From Lama guanicoe (taxonomy: Eukaryota): a DNA stretch of 64,000 nucleotides. The notes below the pieces were generated by a model. It saw only the letters and a program-made list of their open reading frames with translations, was not told the DNA's origin and made no database searches. Positions 37,285 through 48,740 of this stretch are shown here, in pieces. The DNA is taken from the NCBI GenBank assembly GCA_013239625.1, contig MU054323.1:3708161-3772160 (forward strand), in the 5' to 3' direction. The position numbers and the translations under genes were made by a program. The stretch's first letter is position 1. Each line of letters opens with the position of its first letter.

Positions 37285-37383
37285 GGGGTGGGGAGGGTAT
37301 AGCTCAGTGGTGGAGCACATGCTTAGCATGCATGATATCCTGGGTTCAATCCCTAGTATTTCCATTAAAAAATTTTTTTAATG
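37285..37383 (+). mobile_element. tRNA-Ala(AGC)-derived SINE (camelid Vic-1-like)
   Basis: GGGGAGGGTATAGCTCAGTGGTGGAGCACATGCTTAGCATGCATGATATCCTGGGTTCAATCCCTAGTATTTCCA plus A-rich tail. A box 37300-37310, B box 37343-37352, AGC anticodon remnant 37325-37327; flanking direct repeat TATTTCAA (37277-37284, 37384-37391). Confidence 0.85.
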
Positions 37384-37399
37384 TATTTCAAAAATTCAC

Positions 37400-39408
37400 T
37401 TGGTGCTTAGATGACAAACAGAAAATAAGATCCAGTATATTTTACTTTATCATTTTACATCTTATCATTGTTTAAGCTCTGGTAAACTTTGGTTTAGCCA
37501 ATATAATTTCATACACATGGATTTTTGAAATATGAAGTAATGTTGTAAAATAACAGTTAAAGAAAAACTGAGGGTGTCACTCTTTATTCCAGTAGGCACG
37601 ATTTCCCCAGTACTTGCTTAAGTGCTTCAGGTTAGTACTACTGAACATCTCCTGTATGTAAGGCACTTCGAGCCATGAGTCCCAGCCCCTAACATCAGAT
37701 TTCTAGAAGGCCTCCCCACACAGATGGCAATAAGGACTTTGTATGCAGCCTTGTGTCAACGGCTTATACATCTGCTGGCTCCTTTCTGGGGCCAAGAGCA
37801 CTCCTTGTCTGGAGCTTGGCTCCTCCCCTCTAAGAAGTCATTTGCTCTGATGCAGAAGCCACGCCAAAGGATTGTAACTCATTCAATGCTTACCATTGGG
37901 CTGGCAGCATATCAGAGCTGAATCTTTCATTGGGGGGCTTTAGGTTTGGAGAAGAAGGACAACATCCTATTGTCCTTCAGGAATGATAACACCATGAGGG
38001 ATTTCCTCTAGGAGAAAATGGAATGTGTCTATCATCAACTGTCTCTGCAGTCAGTGGGATTTATTGGCTCCTAAGGTCCCAGGATTGAGTCAAGTTCGGG
38101 AAGGAAGCAATATCATTAGCTCACTCTAGGTCAGAGGACAAGCTTCTTTGCTGGGCCTCAGTGTGTCCAGAGTGTGAATTCACATAATTTAATGGCTTGT
38201 TTTGGTTCATTAGTAAAACAATTTCTTTCCAACTAACAAAGCTAATGCAGAAATGGAGATTTTATTTATGTTAATTCTCTATTCAGCAATTTAAAGATGC
38301 CCATTCAAATTTTACTTACTAGAAGGTTTTCAGAAGAAAAGAATCATAACATAGCTAACAATCTTTCCTCAATGTCTATACAGTACTTGGCTCACTGCTG
38401 GCCCTCAATGGCGTCTGACTGAAAAAAAGTCACAGAAGGGGCAACTGTATGTGGCAGGTACAGGGTTGATTTGGGACAGCCCAGTGCCTCCCTATTCTGG
38501 CTCTGGAGAAGACGAGATTGCAGGGAGCTCACGACCAGAACTTGTGGGCTGTCTGTGGAGGAAGGCATAGTTGGGAGCCTTCAATGACTCTTATTAGTTG
38601 TTAATTGACCAGAGGAATGTCTGACGAACTTTATTCCCTGACTAATGCACACTCCTCAGGGAAGGAGACAAGCAGTGCTGTCCCTGCCATTGGCTCTGCT
38701 TGGGCTTGTGTCATCGGTAGCCAGACAAAAAGCTGACTGGTGGTTTGTGACATGTTGCAAGGTAGAAACAGGCAGGGTATGCAGGCTGTCCTGGTATCCA
38801 GTCTGATTCTGATGATCTCAGCCGAGACCTGTGCAAAGTTAGTCTGGGCTGATCTTCAGCTTCTGTCCTTAAGAGGGACCCGGGGCCACTGCCAAGATCC
38901 ACTGCTCGTCACTTCCTGCTCCTAGAACTTGAGTGTGTCCTTCCCACGATCTCACACACTTCACATACCCAGCTGCACACACTGAACGTTCACTGGTCCC
39001 TTTACATTTTCTACTAGTAAGTCTTTCATAATTTTCTTTAGGAGAGCCTATTCTACATTGTAACTCAATTAAAATCAACCAAATTTTTAGATTTCCTTTT
39101 GCCTGCAAGGATCCTGCCTACCAAAATAAACTGTATGAGCCACTGGGCATCTCGTGAAAACACAAGAGAACTTGTTCAGATCACTGCGTTCCCCGAGTCT
39201 TGGAAAATGTGTTGTTAATCCTCTGGGCTGTTTCATCAACTGTGTTTACTTCAGTCTGTAGCATGGGGAGCTGGGAGCTGCTAGTTTTTAAGCCAAGGGG
39301 TTCTCACTTTTTTTCTCTTCTAAAATCGAACATTAAAATTAAATATTTACCCACTAAATATACTACTGTATGTACTAGCTGTCAGTGCTTGTTTCCTTGT
39401 GTCAGTAT
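37400..39408 (-). other. LDAH: Probable LDAH 3' UTR (end uncertain)
   Basis: Follows the LDAH stop; several minus-strand AATAAA candidates (e.g. tttatt at 37583-37588, 38060-38065). The cleavage site cannot be fixed from sequence alone. Confidence 0.4.
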
Positions 39409-39600
39409 TTATATTTCAGACAGATCATCCTTTAGCCACTCAGCTACCATGTCAGCCATTTCCTGATAAAAATATAAGACAAAAGCATGAGGTATTTTTT
39501 TCTCACAGAGTCGAATATCTCCTTCTGGAAAGTCTTTCTTTATGTCTTCATAGTACTCTGTTGGACACCAAGCATCCATGGTGCCATAGTAAAATGTAAG
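39409..39600 (-). CDS. LDAH: LDAH (lipid droplet-associated hydrolase, C2orf43) last coding exon
   Basis: Minus strand: cttgtcttctAG|LTFYYGTMDAWCPTEYYEDIKKDFPEGDIRLCEKKIPHAFVLYFYQEMADMVAEWLKDDLSEI*; 192 nt. Includes the presumed catalytic Asp (GTMD) and His (PHAF) of the alpha/beta hydrolase. Confidence 0.95.
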   Translation of the reverse strand, partial: LTFYYGTMDAWCPTEYYEDIKKDFPEGDIRLCEKKIPHAFVLYFYQEMADMVAEWLKDDLSEI

Positions 39601-40265
39601 CTAGAAGACAAGACAAAAACATTTTATTAGAAACCACTTTCCTCTCCCAACAACGGATATGACACCAGCAACCTGTAATGCTTTGAAAACAGCCCCTGCA
39701 CCTTGCCCTGTAAGCTAAGCCCAAGACTCTCTCCAGATAGTGGCTCTCTCAAGGCAGTGAGACTTCAGGGTTTATGGGAGTGAATCTTGGCATCTGGTGG
39801 CAAGAAATCCATGTACAGAGAGCCTTGTGTGATACATCACCCATGGTTCACTAAGAGGGCAAAGCTGTGTCTGCTGGGGTTGGGATGGATGCTGGAGAGA
39901 TGGCAGATGAGGGCAAGGAAAAGTTACTGAGACATAATCACTGAGTGACTAGTAACCATTCACTGTACACTTAATAGTTTTTCATATAGCTACATGGTAC
40001 ACATTTGGTACAGGGACATGTTTGTCGAATGTACGCAAAGATGAATCACATGGACTCAGGCTTCTCAATGCAGCAGAAGTGTGATCAGACTCCTGAGACT
40101 GTGACATTCCTCCGAATAGGCTCCATGTAGCAGGAGAGTATGCTGACTCAGTGGGGAGGTGTTATAATCTTATTCCAGGTGATAGCAAGCAGGCTGGATG
40201 GAGACAGAGCTACCTTTGAGGCATTAGTAAGACCCTTATTGAATACTGATCTGTACTAGCCCCTT

Positions 40266-40455
40266 ACACACACACACATTCATGCACACACATGTATGTA
40301 TGTGTATATACATATACAAATGTGTATAAATGCATACATGTGTATGTATGTATGGGCATATAAGCATATCACACACATGTGTAAATATGCATATATGTAT
40401 GTATATTTATGTGTATATACAAAAATACATTTATAAGTATGTACACATACATATC
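40266..40455. repeat. Degenerate (CA/TA/TG)n low-complexity tract
   Basis: Alternating purine-pyrimidine text (cacacatgtatgtatgtgtatatacatatac...). Confidence 0.8.
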
Positions 40456-43400
40456 TGTCCCTGTCTAGCTCTAAGTTGCTGCTCTTCACTGAAAAACTGC
40501 ATTCTACTTGTGTATTAAAAAAAAAAGGCAGCAAAAGTGAAACCTTATTCAGAAGAGTACACACTGGTAATTTCTACAAAAAAAAAAAACCCACTAAATT
40601 TTAAGGCCCCTCTGACATCTGTTACCACTGAAAAAAAGTTATGCCTGGTTGCAGCCCTTAAGTGGCTAGTTACAGCCACTAGTAGTTTCTATAACACACT
40701 GAATTTGCTCACTCATTCAAATACTTATTCACTGATCTGTTTGGCAAATACTTATTGAGCATTTACTCTGCATTTGGAAAACAGATAACAAGACACAGTC
40801 TCTGGAGGGGGAAGGACAGGAGGCACCACGTACACAAGACCACTGGCCCCGATGAGGGTACCCGGTGGGAATCAGTGGGAAGGAAATGTTCCCCAAGACA
40901 CTGATGCCCAAGTTGAGTCTTCAAGTTGGGGAGCACACTGTGGGAAGCATACTAAGCAAAATAAAAAGTACGAAGGAGTATGGCCTCCTTGGGAACTGGA
41001 AGTAATTAAAATTGGCTGGAGTACAGGTGGAGGGAGATAAGGCTGGAGAGGCAGAGAGAGATCAAGTCATAAGCAGCCTCTGGTCCACAATAAGGGGATT
41101 GTACCTTGTTCTGAAGTCCACAGGAGCTAACAAAAGACTTCACACAAAGAAGTGACAAGATTAAGTCTGTATGGTAGGAAACTTACTTGGGCCACAATGA
41201 TGGACAGAGAGTGCAGAGCAGAGGCGGGAGGAGGCTGTGCATGATGTGTGTTGTTGCCCACGGGATAATTTTACTCTATGGACCATTAAATCCATTACCT
41301 GAATATGGACAGGTGAGATTACTCATATAAAAACGTCAGCCTTTATTACAGTAACATTACGATGTAACCAATATTTAAAGAGATAGTTAAAAAACACTTT
41401 AAGGAGGAAAATATTTAACATAGTACACCAGAGAGTCAATTACTAACAACTAAACTTTGAGTTGCAGACTTATTCTGAAGCACTTCATAGAGATTTTTCC
41501 GGCTGTCACCTGGGGTTTTAGTTTTGAATGCTACAAAGGATCTGTGGCTCACAGACTTCTCACTTAATTTACTCTTCCCAGTCTCACATTTTTGCTCACT
41601 ACAACTGTTTCTGGGCACATCAAAGCCTAAAAGCCAAAATTCATTTTGCCAGGGCTCTTAGCAGAGTATGAAGTCCCTTTTGTTTCCTGGAGGACAGGAG
41701 AGGCTGGTAGTTGCCTGGTTCTTTTCTCCTGGTGCCAGTCTCTCGACAGCTCTAAATGCTGCAGCCTCACAACCCATGGGTGACTATTCTGGCCAGTCAT
41801 GGAAAATAAGTTTCTCAGAATTTCTCAGCAACCATCCTGCTTACAGCTTCCCCTTGAAATACTGTTGGGAGAAGCAGCTGTCTGCAGGCATTAATGATCA
41901 CTCTATAAATAGGGCTAATAACTTTAGGTTCTCTCTAAACCACTCCCTACTCTTACCACCAAGAATCCTTTAAGTTATATCCAGGAAACAGTGTCTGGAA
42001 CAGTCATTATGCACAGTTATTCAGCACTTCCTCAGAGTATGAAACGGTGTTGAGAAATCTGGAAATTCGAAATTCAGACTCGGGCTCATGTCCACCAGGT
42101 CTATTCCTCTGTCCCAGAGCACTCTCCTGCCTGGAGAGACTGGGACACTGAGAAGGGTACTCTGGGAATCCTCACACCAGTACAAGCTACGATGCTGAGG
42201 TCTTTGAAAAGCCCCAATACAAAAGGGTCAACCAGAAGGAAAGCAAGGCAGAAAAGACCTCCCCTAACGAGGGCTCTTCGGCAAGGAGCACAGCATCACC
42301 ATGGCACCTGCTGCTGCTTTCCACCTAACATTTCAGAGACTATTTCTATGGAGTGTTCACTTTTCAGTGATGCAATTATAACCTGAAATAACTCCACTGA
42401 GAAGCCCGGCTTGAAAAGCCTTGGCACTGGGGAAAGGCCATCCCTTTCCTCCTGCATGAAGGCATCAGAGAGTTGAGCAGGAATAATAAACGTGGATCAC
42501 AGGGACCCGCACCTACCTTCAGATATCAAGAGACAAGTCCTGTCTAACTAGTTATGGGCATGAGCTGCCCAAGGCAAACACTAGGAACCGTATCACAAAG
42601 TGACGTTAGTGATCAAGACAGTGTAAACAGCGAGCATCCTAGATTTCCCATATGTTCACCTGATTTTATTTCTCCATCCTCCATGACCAGTAATTATTTA
42701 GAGGGGGCTGTATTTGGTTACATTTCTAAGCGATAGTGGGGTACGATCTTTTTGTTTTGGGTTTGTTATTAACTTTTTTTTTTCTTTTTAAGTTCTTCTT
42801 CAGGCCATATTCACCAAAGGGCTCTCTAAGAAAATCTTGGCTTACAAGGTAAACACATGGTTATTTCTAATGCCTTTACATACACTGGCTCAAGATACTT
42901 CCTGTTCCCTATAGATTAGAAGTCGCAGGCAGTAGATCTGAGCAGAGGACTCTGCACCTGTAACCCTAAACAGGAAAAGGAAAAAGTATAGGGTGTGTGG
43001 AGGTAGTGGTGGGGGGTGGGGGAGGACAGATGAAGTAGAAAGAAAGAAATAACCGGACACCAAAGCACAGTGGTTAAGAGTGTATGCTATTATTACAATG
43101 ATATGTAAAAATGAAGAGCAACAAATAACAATGACCTGATGAAAACTGAGAATAATTTGCCAGACTCCATGCTAAGCTCTGTGTTCACTGAGTCCTTACA
43201 ACAATATTCTGAGCAAGGTATTTTATTCTTATTTTACAGAAAAGGAAACTTAGGCTTAGAGAGACTAACTTGCTTAAGTTGAAACAATTAGTGAATATAA
43301 CCCAGTGAAAAACTTAGCTATAAATTCAGAGACAGCATTCCTAACCAGTACCTTTTACTACTATTTACAATTAACAATAAATGGATCTGTGGTAAGAAAA

Positions 43401-44424
43401 CACAAAATCTGAGAACTAGATCTACCTTGCCTTAAAGTCTCCTCAAAGTCTACATAGTTCCTCTGAGGTGCTGCATGTCAAGGGGTGATAACTGTTGTCC
43501 AAATATTGGAATTGTTAATTAAGAATCTCAGGCTATCAGTAGGATGTTTAAATTCAAAAGTTGATTAAGAAAAAGTTATTTCCTGCAGTTTACTTCTCCT
43601 TGGCACTTGCTTTGATATCCAAGAGAGTTGATAAAAAGTATATATATTATTAAGACGGAAATTATTTTATCTCCCAATTGTTATGTTAAGTAATCATTTA
43701 TCTATTAAACACACAATTTAATTTCCTCAGGTCTAGATTTTGACTGCCCAAGACTGCGCTTCTACTTCTTCCTGTACACCTTCCACAGTGAGCTGGGATG
43801 ACGGTTCCTATAATCTCTATGCTTACAGACATATTTTCCCTTAACTCTTTAGTTGCCTCGAAGGAGACATGTCCCTGCTAAAATGTCTCTGCAAATTGCT
43901 ACAGCTTATCCCCATACTGAAACCACAGTTGCCTTTTCTCGTGGTCCCCCCCCCCCACCGCCACTATCTGCTGCTGATACTGACAGATTCACAGCATCTC
44001 CACCTCAAATAGCTCCAAACCTATCTCCCATCTGGCACTGGCTAAGTGGTTGAAATTCAGAAGTAAGCAAGGGAGCTCTGCCCTGGAGAAGCTCCAGAGT
44101 AGGGATGTACACAAGCACATACAAGCTGGCCCTGAAATACAACAGGCAGAGAGACATGTAAACAAAGCACTGCAGAAGCCCAAAGCAGAAAGCCCGACCT
44201 TTGCCCTGAGGGAGTCAACAAAGCTTTGTTTTAGTGTACATTGACTTGCTGGCTTTTATGCATTACAAAAGAGGATTTTATTATAAGAACAAAAGTAATA
44301 TTAGAAACCATCTTATGGTATAAGTTTATATATTTGATTTAGCTAATAACTGACAAAAATCACTTTCAACGATGTATCAACATCTTAAAATATTTAACAT
44401 GGAAAAAAAGCCACACACATAAAC

Positions 44425-44937
44425 CTGGTGATAATAAATATTATTCAGCTATAGAAAAAGAAGGAAACCCTGCCATTTGTGACAACATGGATGAACCCTG
44501 AAGGTATTATGCTAAGTGAAGTCAGACGAAGAAAGACAAATATTGTATGACTTACATGCAGAACCTAAAAAAAAGCCGAATTCATAGAAAGAGAGAACAG
44601 ATTGGTTGTTGCCTTTACCCAGCGGGTAGAGGGTGGGGGAAATGGGTGAAGGCGGTCAAAAGGTATAAACTTCCAGCTATAAGGTAAATCAGTTCTGGGG
44701 ATGTAATGTACAGCATGGTGACTATAGTTAACATAATATTGTACATTTGAAAGTTGTTAAGAAAGTAGATCTTAAAAGTTCTCATCACAAGAAACAAAAT
44801 TAACAAAGCGAGGTAATGGATGTTAACCAAACTTGTAATCATTGTGCAGTATATACATGTAATCAAATCATTATGTTGTACACTTTAAACTAATACAACG
44901 TTATGTGTCAATTCTATTTCAATAAAACTGGGAAAAA
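44425..44937 (+). mobile_element. L1MA-type LINE-1 3' end
   Basis: tattattcagctatagaaaaagaaggaaaccctgccatttgtgacaacatggatgaaccctgaaggtattatgctaagtgaa...ttatgtgtcaattctatttcaataaaactgggaaaaa. Confidence 0.85.
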
Positions 44938-46090
44938 TCCCTACCTGGATTACTTCTCTCTATTTAGTAGTCCACTAGGACTACAGGCATTACAGAAATT
45001 ACTGGAGAAGAGCAGTGGGCTGCTGCTTCCACCCTTCCCCCAAAGTCAGACATGTAAGACTCCACCTTGCAACCTTAAAGGAAACCCATCTGTAACACAA
45101 GCATCTTTTTTCAGTTATTTAAAAATCCTATCCCTCTAGGGAACAAGGGATAGCAGTCACCAAGCATTAACCTTTCATTGCAGTCTTTCTGAGCAACCAT
45201 TTTTAGAAACTTGAACGATGCTAAAGGGAGACCGGTTAGAAAATTCATTTTCCAATTTACGTTGTTTTCTTTCTTTCTTTTATCCAGGAATGGCTCCATT
45301 CCCGCTCTTTAAAAAAAGAGAATTAAAATCCCTAAAGATGAAAAAAATGTGGTTGAGGACAGAGGTGACCACACAATCACTGAGCCCTGCTCCCCCTGCA
45401 GGCATGGAGGGGAGTAGTGGGAACTGGGTGACGAAGGAGGAGGAGGTCCAAGCAGGTTACTGATGGACCACTCTCTAGTAGCTGGAACAACCACACATTA
45501 AAAGGCTTGCAAAGTGGGGCTCTCTTCTTTCTGTGTGACTCAAGAGTAAAAGGCCAGAATCTACTCACTCCCAAATGGAAGTCACTGGGCCATCTAGGGA
45601 CTAGCTTCGTCTCTTTCTTACCTGGGAATGGGTGAGAAGCTGACCCAAGGCATCTATCTTCCTCTGGTGAGGCAGCAGAGTATGAGGCACTGGGAGCAAA
45701 TTTATCCTCCTGAGTTTCTGTTTCTCCCTGTTTATATGCCTCAGGAAATTGGCAGATGTGCTGGAAGGGTCTTGCTTAACTAACTTAGAGAAACAGCCAA
45801 CTCTGGCTCACCTGAATTCTCTGTTCTAGGGTACTAGACCCAAGTCCTGGTGAATATTAAGTACTACTGTGTTTCCTTTTGCTGCTGTTCCTATACAACA
45901 TCTCCCTTAGGCATCTGATGGGAAGTGGCTGGCATAGGACTGGGGCATTCCAGGGTCACTTGGCAACGTATTTAATATTACTAAAATCTTTCATTATAGA
46001 ATGAAAGTATCTGAACGGGTGTGTAGGGGGAGAAAAACTAGTCAAAGTCTTTTTAAATATTCAGAGGTATATTAGGATATAATTAACTTT

Positions 46091-46101
46091 GTAGTAGCAG
46101 C

Positions 46102-46144
<43 letters not shown>

Positions 46145-46184
46145 ATAACAATAACAATAACAACAACAACAATAATAATAATAA
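46091..46184. repeat. Compound trinucleotide microsatellite (AGT)n-(AAC/AAT)n
   Basis: gtagtagcagcagtagtagt...agtaataacaataacaataacaacaacaacaataataataata, at the end of a MIR. Confidence 0.92.
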
Positions 46185-46420
46185 ACATTTATTGAATGCT
46201 TAGTACATGCCAGACACTTATAAAATCTTTTTATGAATTATATATAGCATACTTTTTGGAACAACTGTATAAGAATAAATACTATTATTAAACCATTTTA
46301 TTGATGGAAAAAGGAGAGACAGTGAGGTCAAGTAACTTAACCAAGGTCACATAAGTCAGCAGGTGGTGGAGCTGGAGTCTGAACCTTGGGTTGTGACTCT
46401 GAAGACTCTCCTCCCTAAAA
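46185..46420. mobile_element. MIR SINE
   Basis: acatttattgaatgcttagtacatgccagacact...ccattttattgatggaaaaagg...aagtaacttaaccaaggtcacataag. Confidence 0.7.
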
Positions 46421-47329
46421 TACACTCCTCTTCCTTTCAATCCTGCTCCACAAGAGAACTCAAGTGTATGCTAACACAAGTGCCTAAAATGAAGCTCTCT
46501 AGGTCAAGATGATCGAAATAAAAACAAACCTATCTATTTCCAGGATGATTATTATATTCTGAACTGGCTTCAAATTAAACAGGCAGAACTAACACAATCA
46601 GTTTCAGGCTGAGGTTGGCGGAAAGGCAGTCCTGGTTAGCCGGTCCAGGGAGTGCTTCCTGTGCTCTGCTAAGCAGGACGTGTGCATGTCCGAAGGATTT
46701 GCATGCCCAGATCTGCAAACAACTGCACAACATTTGTTCCCAAAGGCAGCATGTGCCTTTGGGCTCAGGTGGGCTAAGCAAGATGGGGACAGAGCCATAG
46801 AAGGGTCCCTGTTTCTGAGGACACTTTGCCCCCTTCCCAACCGCACTGAGGCCCCAGTCTGGCCCTCTGGGGACAGGGGCAGCACCACTTCACAAGAAGT
46901 CTTTCCACTGCTGCCTACCTTTGTCCTCTCGATGGGAGCAATTTCAGACTCCTATTGACTGATAGTGATGTTCAGATTCAGTCTGGCAGTAGCGCACACC
47001 AGCTGTTTCCATAAGCCTAGGCCAAAGATGGTCACGGCAGTTTAGAATTTCCCTCCTAAGTGAGTTTTAAATGAAAACTTCAAATTTCTAAACCAAACAC
47101 TAATTCATTTCTCTATGAGTGAGACATACATCCCCTTGTAGTTTAGAGCAATGACAGAACACAGGAATGCTGAACTCCTATTTGCCTCAGACACACCAGG
47201 TGCCTCATAAAGCAGAGTATACCCCAGGGGCTTCCAGAAGGACTGGGATTGGGGTGGTGAAAATGTACAGCTGATTCTCTTGCTTTGGTTTATTCCATCC
47301 TGGTTCTCATTCTCATCCCTGCCACCTCC

Positions 47330-47870
47330 ACTCCCATCTCATTTCTTAGCTCCTCTCCTTCCTCCCAACCTTTAAGCTGTGTTCCCCAAGGATCAACCTT
47401 TAGGTATCCTTTCTCCTTATACTTCCTTAGGTTACCATTATCCATGCTCAGAACTTCTAATATATCCTCATCATTCCCAAATCACAATTTAGTCCGGACT
47501 CCTCTCCTAGGCTTCACACCCATATATCCGGCTACCTGCCAGACGTGTGTCCACTTGGATGTCCCACAGGTATCTCAAACAAAAGTACTGAAATGACTTT
47601 CTCAATCATTTCCCACAACTTGCTGGCGCTTCTTCTTCCAGATTCCCTATTTTGTTACAGAATACAAATACAGAAAAATAATCTTAGACCCCCATCTCCA
47701 TTCTCTCATATTCTATGAGGACTAAGTGTCTTTGATTCTACTTCCTAAATATTTCCAAATTCTACACCCTCTCCACCCCGCCCCCAATTCCACTGCCTTA
47801 GTTCTTGTAAAAGTCTTCTAAACAGTTTTCCTACCCCAAATTTCATTCTTTCCCAATGTTCGGATACACA
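47330..47870. mobile_element. LINE-2 remnant
   Basis: gctgtgttccccaaggatcaacctttagg...ccacttggatgtcccacaggtatctcaaac...gattctacttcctaaatatttcc. Confidence 0.65.
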
Positions 47871-48278
47871 TTTTCCCCCAAATAATTCCTGTCACTGGTT
47901 AATCTAGCCATTTTCCTAGGGCTAACTGATATGGACTGGCACCTCTGAGCTGGCTGGCTGTTCACAGATGGCATATGTTCTGTGGGTTGGTGGCTATGTC
48001 ATATGGTTGTTAAACATTCTGAATATCACCCTAATTATCACCCACTTCCTTAAACCCTTCAATGGACCCCTCACAACTCAGAATAGTCTCTTCAGTATAG
48101 CATATCATGGCTGCTTGTTCTCGGGCCAGTGCCCAAGCCACAGTACTATGCTGCCTAACCTTTTCTAGTGCCTCAAAGCAAGGCTCCTTCACTTGGGGTT
48201 TACAGGTCCATGCAGGTTCATAGATAGATGCCTGGCAGTTGGAGGGAGGGAGGTAATATAAACTTGAATGGGAAAAAG

Positions 48279-48280
<2 letters not shown>

Positions 48281-48317
<37 letters not shown>
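48281..48317. repeat. (AC)18 microsatellite
   Basis: Perfect AC run read directly. Confidence 0.95.
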
Positions 48318-48319
<2 letters not shown>

Positions 48320-48320
<1 letters not shown>

Positions 48321-48740
48321 TGCTAACCTCTAATTCTAATTTAGTATTTCCTTCAATTATGAATACAGGTAACAAGCCACAAAAGCATTAGTAGTACCTA
48401 TATTTTGTCATCTATAAAATTATTGAATTTTCAAATTACAGTAAACTTGCTGTACATAACTAAAAATTTATTTTTGCACATCACTACAAACTTGCAATGG
48501 TAATTCTGATGGCTATTATATCTCATTATTTAGTCTGTTAATAAAGATGCATATCACAAATTTGTTTATTATATATCACAAATTTGTTTTTAATATATTT
48601 TGATAACTATACTTTAGTTTTTTTTTATATTATTGTATCTCATGTATTTATTTCATCACTTAAAAGTATTATTCTGAGAAGGAGTCTATATATGTCACAG
48701 CCAAAGAGCTCTATGGCACAAAAAAAGGCTTAGAATGCAT
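48320..48740. mobile_element. hAT-Charlie-type DNA transposon remnant
   Basis: aagccacaaaagcattagtagtacc...tttgataactatacttt...ttattctgagaaggagtctata...ctatggcacaaaaaaaggcttagaa; family not firmly assigned. Confidence 0.5.

Noticed and set aside
37290..37364. Functional tRNA-Ala gene
   Set aside because: Stem mismatches relative to tRNA-Ala(AGC), extra 5' G-rich leader, A-rich tail and flanking direct repeats indicate a SINE copy.
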